This document shows, one piece after another, positions 30,615 to 40,120 of a stretch of 64,000 bases of DNA. Below the pieces are notes generated by a model, which worked only from the letters and a program-made list of their open reading frames with translations, was not told where the DNA came from and searched no databases. Made by a program: the position numbers and the translations under genes. The stretch is taken from contig JAYTOU010000052.1 of assembly GCA_043747615.1 (NCBI GenBank), positions 26,938 through 90,937 on the forward strand, given 5' to 3'. The first letter of the stretch is position 1; every line of letters starts with the position of its first letter. Source of the stretch: Myxococcales bacterium. GTDB taxonomy: Bacteria > Myxococcota_A > Polyangia > Polyangiales > Polyangiaceae.

Positions 30615-31316
30615 CTACGGCAGCAAGCGCCCCAACACCGTGGCGACGATGTCGCGTTTTCGCTCCTCGAGGAACTCCGGGGAGCGGAAATCGACGGCCC
30701 AGAGGCCGCGAACGAACGGCTCTTCCATGACGGTGATGCTGGTCATTGCCAGGGTCGACACGCATAGCTGACGCGCGTTCACGTCCGGGCGAATTTTTCC
30801 GATCGCTCGCAGCTCGTCGATCGTGAGGACCACTGCATCGAATACCGGCTTCACACGCGCGGAGATCATCGCTTCGGCGATCGAAGGTCCCGTCGACGGA
30901 CCGGTCGCTCCTTCGTGGCGCATGATCGCCAAGATCGCCCCATGCGAGACGTAGAATCGCGTGAGAAGTTCGACGAACGCGGCGACGAGTGGGCGGATCT
31001 TCGAAACGTCGAGCGGCCGCGCAAGACGCGCGAGAATGTCGAAGCCTTCGGCCGTCATCACGTCCAGGGCGCGATCGATCACTTCGCGATAGATCCCCGC
31101 TTTGTCCGAAAAATAATGGTGGATCAGCGCTTGCTGCGCTTGAGCAGCCCGCGCGATGGCTCCGAGGCGCGCGCCAGCGAAACCCTTGGCGGCAAACTCC
31201 GCTTCCGCAGCGTCGAGCAACCGCCGCTTCGTCTCCGTCGCGTTGCGTTCTCGCTTCGGTGGCGACTCGAGGGCGCCCGCGTCGTTCACCCTGGGGTAGG
31301 GCCGAGGGGAGAGCAT
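30615..31316 (-). CDS. TetR/AcrR family transcriptional regulator
   Basis: TKRRLLDAAEAEFAAKGFAG...IARAA...LIHHYFSDK helix-turn-helix; TAATG overlap with the upstream gene. Confidence 0.93.
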   Translation of the reverse strand: MLSPRPYPRVNDAGALESPPKRERNATETKRRLLDAAEAEFAAKGFAGARLGAIARAAQAQQALIHHYFSDKAGIYREVIDRALDVMTAEGFDILARLARPLDVSKIRPLVAAFVELLTRFYVSHGAILAIMRHEGATGPSTGPSIAEAMISARVKPVFDAVVLTIDELRAIGKIRPDVNARQLCVSTLAMTSITVMEEPFVRGLWAVDFRSPEFLEERKRDIVATVLGRLLP

Positions 31317-32368
31317 TAGGCGCTCGCTTCCCAGGTCTCGTACTCGATGACCCCGAGCTCCTCGAACCCGCGTCGCACGTACGGCGTGAGCAGCCCAAGG
31401 CGTTTCACGTTGGGGACGATCTTGCTGAAGAGGAGCTTGCGGAAGATGGCCATCATCTCCGAGCTGGCAGCGGCCTCTTCACACTCTTTTTGGGGAAGCC
31501 CCACGCGCTCCCAGACGTCTTGTCCGAGGAAGCGATCGCGCAATAGACGCGAGCTCTCGATGATGAAGTCTTCCCGGTCGCGAAGCTCGTTGGGCGCCAT
31601 TTCGATGTAGACGTCCTTCAAGGAGAGCACGCCGAAGGCCACGTGCCGCGATTCGTCTTGCATGATCATGTGGGTGATCTGCTTGATGAGCGGCTCGGTC
31701 GACGTCTGGTGCACGAAGCCGAACGCGCCGAGCGCGACCCCTTCCACCATAATCTGCATGCCGAGATATTTGAAGTCCCAGCGCGAGTCGGTGAGGATCG
31801 TGTCGAGGAGTGTCTTGAGGTAAGGGCTGATCGGGTAAATGAGCTCGTATTTTTCGCGTAGGTAGCGGTCGTAGACTTCGACGTGGCGCGCTTCGTCGAA
31901 GACCTGTGCGGCGGCGTAGAACTTCGCGTCGGGCGTCGGCGCCGCATTGACGATCTGTGAGGTGGCGAGAAGCGCACCTTGTTCACCGTGCAGGAAATTC
32001 GAGATCACGTACGAGCCCATGTGGCGGCGCAGATTCGGCAGACCGCGCTTCTTGTCGAGCTTGTCCCACACCTTCGTTCCGAAGAGCGGGTTCAGCTGAT
32101 CCGGCGTGTTCTCGGCCTCGGGATCCACCTTGGCGTCCCAGTCGAGGTAGGTCCGCGGGTTCCACATCATGTCCTTCGACTTCTCGTAAAGCGCTCGAAG
32201 GTCAGCGCGCTGCGTCGAGTAATCCCAGGTGTAGGTCAGCGGAAAGGCGACGTTGATCTGCTCGGTGCCGCGCGGGCCGTCTTTCGCGGGGACGGCGCTC
32301 GCCTCGGCAAGGGCCGCGTAGGGCGTGTGAGAGCCGGGGAGAAAAACGGGCTGGGACGCATTGGCCAT
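31316..32368 (-). CDS. Ferritin-like di-iron carboxylate protein (AurF-like oxygenase family)
   Basis: HGEQGAL, DEARH, VEGVAL and DESRH di-iron ligand set; AGGAGG SD. Confidence 0.85.
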   Translation of the reverse strand: MANASQPVFLPGSHTPYAALAEASAVPAKDGPRGTEQINVAFPLTYTWDYSTQRADLRALYEKSKDMMWNPRTYLDWDAKVDPEAENTPDQLNPLFGTKVWDKLDKKRGLPNLRRHMGSYVISNFLHGEQGALLATSQIVNAAPTPDAKFYAAAQVFDEARHVEVYDRYLREKYELIYPISPYLKTLLDTILTDSRWDFKYLGMQIMVEGVALGAFGFVHQTSTEPLIKQITHMIMQDESRHVAFGVLSLKDVYIEMAPNELRDREDFIIESSRLLRDRFLGQDVWERVGLPQKECEEAAASSEMMAIFRKLLFSKIVPNVKRLGLLTPYVRRGFEELGVIEYETWEASA

Positions 32369-32383
32369 TTGTGAAACCTCCTA

Positions 32384-32418
32384 ATTAACTTTTTAGTTAA
32401 TAAGTAACGCGCGGTCAA
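32384..32418 (-). promoter_or_regulatory. Promoter with palindromic operator, probable TetR site
   Basis: Perfect ATTAACT-TTTT-AGTTAAT at 32384-32401; minus-strand TTGACC-N17-TAAAAA overlaps it. Confidence 0.7.
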
Positions 32419-32448
32419 CAACGATGAGGCGCGTCGATAAAAAGGCAG

Positions 32449-34215
32449 TCATCGGCGAATGATCTTCAGGTTCCGGACCGTCGCGGGAGGGCCATTTATG
32501 CCGCCGCTGAGACCGACGACTACCCGAAGGTCCGGAGGAAGCTGGGCATCGCAAACCACGGGAGGCAGAGCGTCGATGCGGACTTTCACTAGAGCCGCGT
32601 CGCGCTCGATCGTGAGATGGGCGCCTGTCCCCATGAGCGGGCAGGTGGCGCCGCCGATTTGAAATTGCACCCCCTTCGCGTCCCGCAAGATCACGACGGG
32701 GAGATGGTCGGGAGCGGCGTCGAGGTCGAGCGTGAAGTTCGCGAAGGTTGCGTCGGTGACGAACACGCTACCGAGGGTGAGCGCAAAGCCGTTCGCGGGG
32801 CTGAAGGAGATCGCGCCCGAGGTCGTAAGGCGATCAGGCGCGAAGAACGTGGTGTCGCCGAAGAGCGGGCTCGGCTCCGTCGCGAACGCACCGCGCGTCG
32901 AAAAACGAATGCCCTCGATGGAGCTGGTCTTGCGGTTGATCCAGAGTGCAAGCCCGTTGTCGGGGCTGAGCACGGCGTCGCCTGCCCCCGACGCAGCCTG
33001 CGCTTCGACGAAGGGAGTGAACTCGCCGCCGTTCGTCCAGGGATCCCAGCGTAGCCAGCGATCCCCCGTCCACAGGAGCGGCGAGCCGTTCGTGCCCGGG
33101 AAAAGACGCACCTTGGTGAGCGCGCCGGTGATCCGAGTCGCCGACTGCACGCTCATGTCGGCGCTGATCACGTAGACGTTTTGAAGCTCCGGAAGGTCTG
33201 GGGCGACCACGCCGAGCGCGCCTCCGCCCGGCAAGGCGACGAACCCCGTCTCTTTGGCGGCGAAAATCTCGATCTGTTTTACCCCTTTCGTCGCGTCGGC
33301 CGACAACCACTCGAGCATGCCGATGGGCTTTCCTGCGCCGTCAAAACCACCCGCCACCAAGATCTGCCCCGAGGCCAGACGGAGCACCGACGGATTCTTT
33401 CGCGGCACGCGCAGCGGCTCGAGACCAAGCGAGCGCGACCGCCGTGTTGCGGGATCCACGATCGTGAGCTTCGCCTCCGGAGGTCCGAGGCCAAGTCCGG
33501 TCGAGCCTCCAACGAGCAAAGTCTCACCCGACGCGAGGACAACGGCCGCGTGGTCTTGCCGCGCGACTCCGAGATTGATGGACGCGCTCTCGAAGGCCCC
33601 GTGCGTGAACACGTCGGCCGATCTCGGATCACCCTCGCCGCCAGCCACGAGCGTTCCTTCGGCGAAGGAGGTGATCGTCGCTCCTTGGCGCGACGTGGCG
33701 ACGTCCGGCGAAATCCCGGTCACCACACCCGTGGCGAGGTCGACGATCATGCTCTGCGAATTCTGGCTGACCACGAGCAGATGCCGTGGATCCACGACCC
33801 CGAGCGTCGGCCCCCCCGGAAGCGCAAGGGGCAGCGCGCAGCTCGCACCAACGGGCCACGCGAGCACGTCGACGGGACCAGTGGAGCTGACGTCGGCGAG
33901 TCCGCGCCAGTGCGATTCTCCGCTCGAAAAAAGATCGATGGTCAGCGCTCGGGTCTGCGGCAGGAGCCCGAGCTGGGCTCCGAGATCATCTAGAAAATGA
34001 CCGTCGTTGCCGAGGTTGACCGCGGAAGGTTGGAAATCCCCGGTGCCGAAAAAGAGCCCGTACGCGTGGGTGGGAACCGCGCACGCAGGGAGAGAATGCA
34101 CGGTGATGACCCGGTCTTCCACCGCGGGAGTCTTCTTGCATCCGACGAGTCCGATGACGAGAGCCGCCCAGAAATGGGCTCGCCTGCTAGAATGGAATCC
34201 TAAGCCTTTCCTCAA
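32449..34215 (-). CDS. Kelch-repeat lipoprotein
   Basis: Lipobox LVGC; Kelch repeats RQGATIT...LVAGG, RQDHAAVVLASGETLLVGG, LASGQILVAGG; only in-frame start upstream of the lipobox is TTG 34215. Confidence 0.78.
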   Translation of the reverse strand: MRKGLGFHSSRRAHFWAALVIGLVGCKKTPAVEDRVITVHSLPACAVPTHAYGLFFGTGDFQPSAVNLGNDGHFLDDLGAQLGLLPQTRALTIDLFSSGESHWRGLADVSSTGPVDVLAWPVGASCALPLALPGGPTLGVVDPRHLLVVSQNSQSMIVDLATGVVTGISPDVATSRQGATITSFAEGTLVAGGEGDPRSADVFTHGAFESASINLGVARQDHAAVVLASGETLLVGGSTGLGLGPPEAKLTIVDPATRRSRSLGLEPLRVPRKNPSVLRLASGQILVAGGFDGAGKPIGMLEWLSADATKGVKQIEIFAAKETGFVALPGGGALGVVAPDLPELQNVYVISADMSVQSATRITGALTKVRLFPGTNGSPLLWTGDRWLRWDPWTNGGEFTPFVEAQAASGAGDAVLSPDNGLALWINRKTSSIEGIRFSTRGAFATEPSPLFGDTTFFAPDRLTTSGAISFSPANGFALTLGSVFVTDATFANFTLDLDAAPDHLPVVILRDAKGVQFQIGGATCPLMGTGAHLTIERDAALVKVRIDALPPVVCDAQLPPDLRVVVGLSGGINGPPATVRNLKIIRR

Positions 34216-34224
34216 GCCCCGCTA

Positions 34225-35823
34225 ATGTACCCCCAAGTCTTCGGTAAGTACGTGCTTGAACGCGAGCTCGCGCGGGGCGGGATGGCGCGCGTGCTCCTGG
34301 CCACGCTGCGGGGGGCGGGCGGCTTCGAGAAAAGGCTGGTCGTAAAGCAGATCCGCGATGAGCTCGCCTTCGATCAAGAGTTCGTGCGCCGCTTCGTGGA
34401 AGAAGCGAAGACGACCGTTGCCCTCAGTCATCCGAACATCGTGCCCGTGTACGAGCTCGGTGTCGTGGAAGGGACGTACTTTTTGGCGATGGAGCTGGTG
34501 GAAGGGGTGAGCGTGGCCGAGCTCCTCGAAGGAGAGAACGGCGAGCGCGGGCGCCTCTCGCCAGAAGAAGGCGCGTACATCGGCGCGGAGATCTGTCGCG
34601 CCCTCGACTACGCGCATCGGCGCATGCAGGTCGTGCATCGCGACATCACCCCGCGCAACGTGATGGTGGACGAAGAAGGGCAGATCAAGCTCATCGATTT
34701 CGGAATCGCTGCGCGCGCGAAAGCCCTCAAAAACGAGGTCTTCGGCTCTCCGGGGCACATGCCGCCCGAGCAAATGGAAGGCAAGCCGCTCGGTCCGCCG
34801 ACGGATCTTTTCGCCGTCGCGGTGTTGATGATGGAAGCCTGGAGCGGCCGCGCACCCTTCCGACGCAAGACACCGGAGGGATGCGAAGAGGCGCTCCATG
34901 CGCCGCACCCGGTCCCAAGCGCGATCGACATTCGCCTCCTCCCGATCGATGCGCCGATAACGAGCGCGATGGCTCTCGACCCCGCAGACCGACCGCAGCA
35001 AGCAGACGATCTCGGGCGAGCGCTCCGCAAATTTCTGCACGGGATCGATCTCGGCGACGTCGCTCGCGGCCTCGGTGATCGCGTTCGCCTTACGCGGCAG
35101 CGCGCGCAGGACCACGCGAAGGATGCCCGCGACAGCGGGTCGGAGCCGCTGGCGAGCGTTGACGGGGAGCTCGTCACCAAAACCTTTGCTGCGCGGAAAG
35201 AGATGCAGAAGTGGAGCGATCCGCCGCCGGCCATGGGCGAAGGGACACGCAAGATCCCGCTGAGCGAAGCGCCCGTGAAGATCGAAACGGTGGCCACGCG
35301 GCCGCTCGAAACACCGGTGAAAGCTCCGGTGACGACGAAAGCGCCGGCGCGCCATGTGCGGGGCTGGGCCATGGCGGCAATGGCGCTGGCGGCGATCGCT
35401 GGAGTCTCGTTGGCGTTCACGAAGACGCCGCGAGCGCCCGTCGGAAGCGCGCTTTTGGACTCCGTTCCGGCGCCACCGGCTTCGGCCACGCCAGCAGCGA
35501 GCTTCACGGTCGCGCCCGCACCATCCGCCATCGCCTTACCGGCGGTGACCGCTGCCGCACCGATGAGCGCTTCGGCGGCGAAGGCCACCGGACACTTCGC
35601 GCTCTACGGCGATCCCGGAACGGAGGTCTCGGTCGACGGCATCGCCCGCGGAAAATGCCCGGTCCGCGACGTGGAAGTCGAGCCAGGGTCGCATGACGTA
35701 CGTTTCAATTTCGATCCCACCGGAGAGTCCCACGGCGAGCGCATCCCCATCACCGCGGGGGCGCGCGTCACGGTGCGCGCGGACTTCACCGGGGCAACAC
35801 CGACGCTTCGCGTTCAGCGCTGA
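34225..35823 (+). CDS. Hanks-type Ser/Thr protein kinase with TM helix and C-terminal PEGA-like domain
   Basis: LARGGMARV, VVK, HRDITPRN, DFG, MPPEQ; TM helix; EVSVDG...GKCP. Confidence 0.92.
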   Translation: MYPQVFGKYVLERELARGGMARVLLATLRGAGGFEKRLVVKQIRDELAFDQEFVRRFVEEAKTTVALSHPNIVPVYELGVVEGTYFLAMELVEGVSVAELLEGENGERGRLSPEEGAYIGAEICRALDYAHRRMQVVHRDITPRNVMVDEEGQIKLIDFGIAARAKALKNEVFGSPGHMPPEQMEGKPLGPPTDLFAVAVLMMEAWSGRAPFRRKTPEGCEEALHAPHPVPSAIDIRLLPIDAPITSAMALDPADRPQQADDLGRALRKFLHGIDLGDVARGLGDRVRLTRQRAQDHAKDARDSGSEPLASVDGELVTKTFAARKEMQKWSDPPPAMGEGTRKIPLSEAPVKIETVATRPLETPVKAPVTTKAPARHVRGWAMAAMALAAIAGVSLAFTKTPRAPVGSALLDSVPAPPASATPAASFTVAPAPSAIALPAVTAAAPMSASAAKATGHFALYGDPGTEVSVDGIARGKCPVRDVEVEPGSHDVRFNFDPTGESHGERIPITAGARVTVRADFTGATPTLRVQR

Positions 35824-35854
35824 GCGAAGCACCGCGGCGTGCTAACAAGCAAGC

Positions 35855-37018
35855 ATGCCCGACTTTTTCGATCTCTCGCGCCACCTCACGGACGAAGAGC
35901 GCACGATCCGCGGAACCGTCCGAAGCTTCGTCGACGCCCACGTCCTGCCGACCATCGCCGATCACTTCGAGAGCGGAACCTTCCCGGTCGATCTCATTCC
36001 GAAGATCGCGGAGCTCGGTTTACTTGGCTGCAATCTGCAAGGATATGGCTGTGCCGGACTGAGTGAGATCGGCTACGGCGTGGCTATGCAGGAGCTCGAG
36101 CGCGGAGACTCGGGCATCCGCAGCTTCGCGAGCGTGCAAGGCAGCCTGGTCATGTACCCGATTCACGCCTTCGGCTCCGAGGCGCAAAAAGAGCATTATC
36201 TGCCCAAAATGGCGAAGGGCGAGATCCTCGGTTGCTTCGGTTTGACCGAGCCGGATTGGGGCTCAAACCCGAACGGCATGATCACCGTGGCCAAGGAAGA
36301 CGGCGACAGCTGGGTGCTCAACGGAACGAAGCGCTGGATCACGAACGGAAACCTCGCGCACGTCGCCCTCGTCTGGGCGAAGGTCGGAAACAGCAGCGGC
36401 GAGGTGCGCGGCTTTCTCGTCCCCACCGACACGAAGGGCTTCGAGGCCCGAGTGATCCACAAGAAGATGAGCCTCCGGGCGAGCGTGACCAGCGAGCTGA
36501 TTTTAGAAGACGTGCGCATTCCCAAAGACGCCGTCTTACCTGGCGTCCGTGGCATGAAGGGGCCGCTCTCGTGCCTGACGAGCGCGCGCTTCGGAATTGC
36601 CTGGGGCGTCATCGGAGCCATGACCGCCTGCTTCGACTCCGCGCTCGACTACGCCAAGCATCGCGTGCAGTTTGCAAACAAACCGATCGCCTCCCATCAG
36701 CTGGTGCAGGCCAAGTTCGCGGAGATGCTCACCCAGATCTCGAACTCGCAGCTCCAGGTGCTCGAGGTCTCTCGCCTGAAGGCCGAGAAGAAGCTCCGCC
36801 CTCAGCACGTGAGCATGATCAAAAGACACAACGTCCGCGCTGCTCTCGAGATAGCGCGCACCTGCCGAGACATCCTCGGCGGCAACGGAATTACCCTGGA
36901 ATACCCGGTGATGCGTCACCTCTGCAATCTCGAGACGGTGTCGACGTACGAAGGCACCCACGACGTGCACACCTTGATTCTGGGGCAAGACGTCACTGGA
37001 ATTTCTGCCTTCGAGTGA
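35855..37018 (+). CDS. Acyl-CoA dehydrogenase, glutaryl-CoA dehydrogenase-like
   Basis: ELERGDSGIRSFASVQGSL, FGLTEPDWGS, GTKRWITN, TYEGTHDVH. Confidence 0.92.
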   Translation: MPDFFDLSRHLTDEERTIRGTVRSFVDAHVLPTIADHFESGTFPVDLIPKIAELGLLGCNLQGYGCAGLSEIGYGVAMQELERGDSGIRSFASVQGSLVMYPIHAFGSEAQKEHYLPKMAKGEILGCFGLTEPDWGSNPNGMITVAKEDGDSWVLNGTKRWITNGNLAHVALVWAKVGNSSGEVRGFLVPTDTKGFEARVIHKKMSLRASVTSELILEDVRIPKDAVLPGVRGMKGPLSCLTSARFGIAWGVIGAMTACFDSALDYAKHRVQFANKPIASHQLVQAKFAEMLTQISNSQLQVLEVSRLKAEKKLRPQHVSMIKRHNVRAALEIARTCRDILGGNGITLEYPVMRHLCNLETVSTYEGTHDVHTLILGQDVTGISAFE

Positions 37019-37022
37019 GGCG

Positions 37023-37562
37023 TCAACACGACATGAACGTCTCGGCGAGCGCGTTGGTCTGACGTAGGGCTTCGAAGAGGGCGATGCTCGCCGCGTTAGC
37101 GATGTTGAGCGAGCGCACGGCTCCAAGGGTGGGAATGGCGACGACGCGGCCTGGGTGCGCGCGCACGAGCTCTTCGGGAAGACCAACGCTCTCGCGCCCA
37201 AAGACGAGTGCGTCTCCTGGTGCGTATCCCGCGGCGAGGTAGCTCTTTTCTGCGAGCGCGCTGAAGAGGTGGAGATTTCCCGACGGCGACTCCTTGCGAA
37301 ACGCCTCGAGGAACTGTGCGAAATCCACGTGCTGACGGATGTCGACCAGGTGCCAGTAGTCGACTCCCGCGCGTCGCACGCTCTGCTCGTCGATACGGAA
37401 GCCCAGCGTTCCCACCAGATGAAGCGGCGAGGACGTGGCCGCACACAAGCGCGCGATATTTCCCGTGTTCGGCGGAATTTCAGGCTCCACGAGCACCACG
37501 TGAAGCGGGACGGGGAGGGGGTTGGCGCGGAGGCGCGGTGTCTTGGCGGACGATCGGGGCAC
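37023..37562 (-). CDS. trmL: tRNA (cytidine/uridine-34 2'-O)-methyltransferase (SPOUT)
   Basis: VLVEPEIPPNTGNIARLCAAT, RRAGVDYW, FGRESVGLP, RSLNIAN; start GTG 37562 inferred. Confidence 0.92.
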   Translation of the reverse strand: MPRSSAKTPRLRANPLPVPLHVVLVEPEIPPNTGNIARLCAATSSPLHLVGTLGFRIDEQSVRRAGVDYWHLVDIRQHVDFAQFLEAFRKESPSGNLHLFSALAEKSYLAAGYAPGDALVFGRESVGLPEELVRAHPGRVVAIPTLGAVRSLNIANAASIALFEALRQTNALAETFMSC

Positions 37563-37586
37563 GGTCCGGCATGCTACGACAACCGC

Positions 37587-38291
37587 ATGGGTGTGCTCCC
37601 GAAAGAGGTACTCGCCTACCGGGAAAAATACCGCGAGCGTGAGATCGGCCCGAACTACCACGGCTGGCTTCATTTTGCGTTCACGAGCGCTGGGTCACTG
37701 ACCGTGATCGCGATCGCCATCGCCAACGTGAAGAGCCCGACCCCGCTCGAAATGCTGACCGTGCCGGCAACGTTCCTCTTCGCCAACTTCGCGGAGTACT
37801 TCGGGCACAGGGGGCCCATGCACCACGCGTACGGCCGCCTCCTCTTCCAACGCCACACGCGCGAGCATCACCACTTTTTTACGCACGAAGCGATGGCCTA
37901 CGAGTCCGCACGCGATTTCAAGATGGTGCTGTTTCCCCCGGAGATGCTGTTCTTTTTTCTAGGGGTCATCGCCGCTCCCATCGCAGCAATTCTCTTCGCC
38001 GTCGCCACGCACAACGTGGCATGGCTCTTCGTGACGACGGCGATGAGTTATTTCCTGACCTACGAGTGGTTGCACTTCGCCTACCACCTCGGTGAAGGAT
38101 CTCCGCTCGGGCGACTGCGGATTTTTCGCGTGCTCCGGCGTCACCACGAGACGCACCACGACAAAGCTAAGATGAGCCGATTCAATTTCAACATCACGTT
38201 CCCGATCGCAGACGTGATCTTCCGCACGAACCATCGCGGAGATCCGAGTCCGTCGGAACGCTCGGTCGAGAGCGAACTTTCGTCTAGATAA
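37587..38291 (+). CDS. Sterol desaturase / fatty acid hydroxylase family membrane protein
   Basis: His boxes HRGPMH, HTREHH, HFAYH, HHETHH; TM helices. Confidence 0.88.
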   Translation: MGVLPKEVLAYREKYREREIGPNYHGWLHFAFTSAGSLTVIAIAIANVKSPTPLEMLTVPATFLFANFAEYFGHRGPMHHAYGRLLFQRHTREHHHFFTHEAMAYESARDFKMVLFPPEMLFFFLGVIAAPIAAILFAVATHNVAWLFVTTAMSYFLTYEWLHFAYHLGEGSPLGRLRIFRVLRRHHETHHDKAKMSRFNFNITFPIADVIFRTNHRGDPSPSERSVESELSSR

Positions 38292-38426
38292 GGTAAGTCA
38301 AGCAAGCCAAGGTTCTGCGAAATACAAGAGCAACGGCGATGCCATCCCAGAAGAGGGCGCATCCCCCGGGAATCACCGAAGTGCGTAAAAAGCTCCTCTG
38401 ACAGCGCTGTCGCGGTGCCTGTGGCC

Positions 38427-38456
38427 TTGACGCGACTCTCCGCCGGAACGTAGCCT
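38427..38456 (+). promoter_or_regulatory. Sigma70-type promoter
   Basis: TTGACG-N18-TAGCCT, 10 nt upstream of ATG 38467. Confidence 0.5.
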
Positions 38457-38466
38457 CGGCGATCGC

Positions 38467-39597
38467 ATGCGCCTCCTTTCGCGCGCCGTCCTTTTGTTCA
38501 GTCAGGTCGCCGTGCTCCTCGGTTTCGCAGGGGAAGCGCGAGCGGAGACCATGGACCCTACGCCGGAGCGATTGGTGCTTCAGCCGCAAGGTCTACCCGG
38601 GGGCGCCAGCTGCCAGGGCATCGCCGCCGATCCGGAGAGCGTGCTCCACGCGCCCTTCCAGGCCGGACAGGTTCCGAATCAGTTCGGATGCAGGCCAGAC
38701 AACATGGCTTTCAAGAACATGATCTCGGAGCTCGGCTTCGCGATCGCACCAACGGCGTTTCACCCGGCGCGCACCACGGGCGTCGGTGGCTTCGCCCTGA
38801 CCTTCGAGGCGAGCTACACGAAGATCAACTCCGACGGGGAGAGCACCGCGCCCGACGGAACGAAGACCAAGTACTGGCACCAAGGCACCCAGGGCGCGGT
38901 CGATCCAAACAACAAAAAGTTTTCGATCACCAACAACAGCCCCGACTCGCTGATCCAGCTCTATTCGCTGAAGGCTCGTAAAGGCCTTCCGTTTGGCTTC
39001 GAAATCACCGGCGCGCTCGGCTTCATCGCCAACACGTCGATGTGGGTCGGCGGGGCGGACGTGCGCTGGTCGCTCCTCGAAGGCTTCCGCACCGGAGCGA
39101 TGGGAATCCTGCCGGACGTCTCCATCGGCGGGGGCGTGCGCACGATCACCGGCACTCCGAAGTTCACGCTCACCGCAGTAGGAATCGACGCCCAGGTCTC
39201 GAAGCCCATCGCCATCGCCGACAGCGCGTCGCTCACGCCGTACGTGGGCTACCAGCGCCTCTTCGTCTTCGGCGACTCGACGGTGGTCGACACCACCCCG
39301 AAAGTAGATCCGTCCGCGCAATGCGGATCATCCGGCAACGACACGATGGGCGCTCCCATCTGCCGCAACAAATTATCGAACGGCGCACCGAACAACGGCG
39401 ACTACAACAACAACGTCGTCTTCGAGAAAGTGCGCACCCACCGTCACCGCGGGATCGTGGGCCTCAGCTACAAGTACGAGATTTTATTTCTTGCTTCGCA
39501 GTTCTTGATCGACCTCACGCCGCCAAACGACGAAAACCCCGGGCTCTCGCCGAACCGCCAATGGACTCTTTCGTTCGAGGCCGGCGTCTACTTCTGA
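38467..39597 (+). CDS. Hypothetical outer-membrane beta-barrel protein
   Basis: Signal peptide ARA|E; alternating beta strands; C-terminal WTLSFEAGVYF beta-signal. Confidence 0.75.
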   Translation: MRLLSRAVLLFSQVAVLLGFAGEARAETMDPTPERLVLQPQGLPGGASCQGIAADPESVLHAPFQAGQVPNQFGCRPDNMAFKNMISELGFAIAPTAFHPARTTGVGGFALTFEASYTKINSDGESTAPDGTKTKYWHQGTQGAVDPNNKKFSITNNSPDSLIQLYSLKARKGLPFGFEITGALGFIANTSMWVGGADVRWSLLEGFRTGAMGILPDVSIGGGVRTITGTPKFTLTAVGIDAQVSKPIAIADSASLTPYVGYQRLFVFGDSTVVDTTPKVDPSAQCGSSGNDTMGAPICRNKLSNGAPNNGDYNNNVVFEKVRTHRHRGIVGLSYKYEILFLASQFLIDLTPPNDENPGLSPNRQWTLSFEAGVYF

Positions 39598-39614
39598 CGC
39601 TCGCTCCGCAGACC

Positions 39615-40118
39615 GTGACCGCGACGCTCGCCGCGATCGCGCTATTGGGCTGTGCGCGAGGCGCGACCGGTCCCGTAGGGTTCTCGAACGGAGGCCAGCC
39701 TGGCCCGGGTGCGTCCGCTCACGAGGCGGAGGGAACGCGCGCAGCCCTCGAAATTCCAGGTGATTTCCGGACGACGTTCACGAAGATGAATCGAGCGCGT
39801 TTCGTGTCGAAGGGCCATGCCGCGGGACGCTACGAGGTAGACATCTACGCCGATGAGCAAGCGAAGAAGGCGTACGCGGCGGCGGCGGGCGAGCTTCCGA
39901 TCGGCGCGCGCTTGATCAAAGAACATTTCGAAGGAGCGAAGCCGGGCCCCATCATGATGATGGAAAAATGCACCAAGGGCTTTGATCCCGAGCACGGCGA
40001 CTGGCGTTACGTGATCGTGAGCTCGACCGGTCAGCTGGTGAAGGATGGAAAGGCAGAGTCATGCGCGGGATGCCACGACGACGCGCCGCACGACCACGTC
40101 TTCAGGTCGGACGACTAG
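39615..40118 (+). CDS. Cytochrome P460-family c-type cytochrome, lipoprotein
   Basis: Lipobox LLGC; PIGARLIKE, MMEK...GDWRY, C-terminal CAGCH; start GTG 39615 inferred. Confidence 0.78.
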   Translation: MTATLAAIALLGCARGATGPVGFSNGGQPGPGASAHEAEGTRAALEIPGDFRTTFTKMNRARFVSKGHAAGRYEVDIYADEQAKKAYAAAAGELPIGARLIKEHFEGAKPGPIMMMEKCTKGFDPEHGDWRYVIVSSTGQLVKDGKAESCAGCHDDAPHDHVFRSDD

Positions 40119-40120
40119 CC

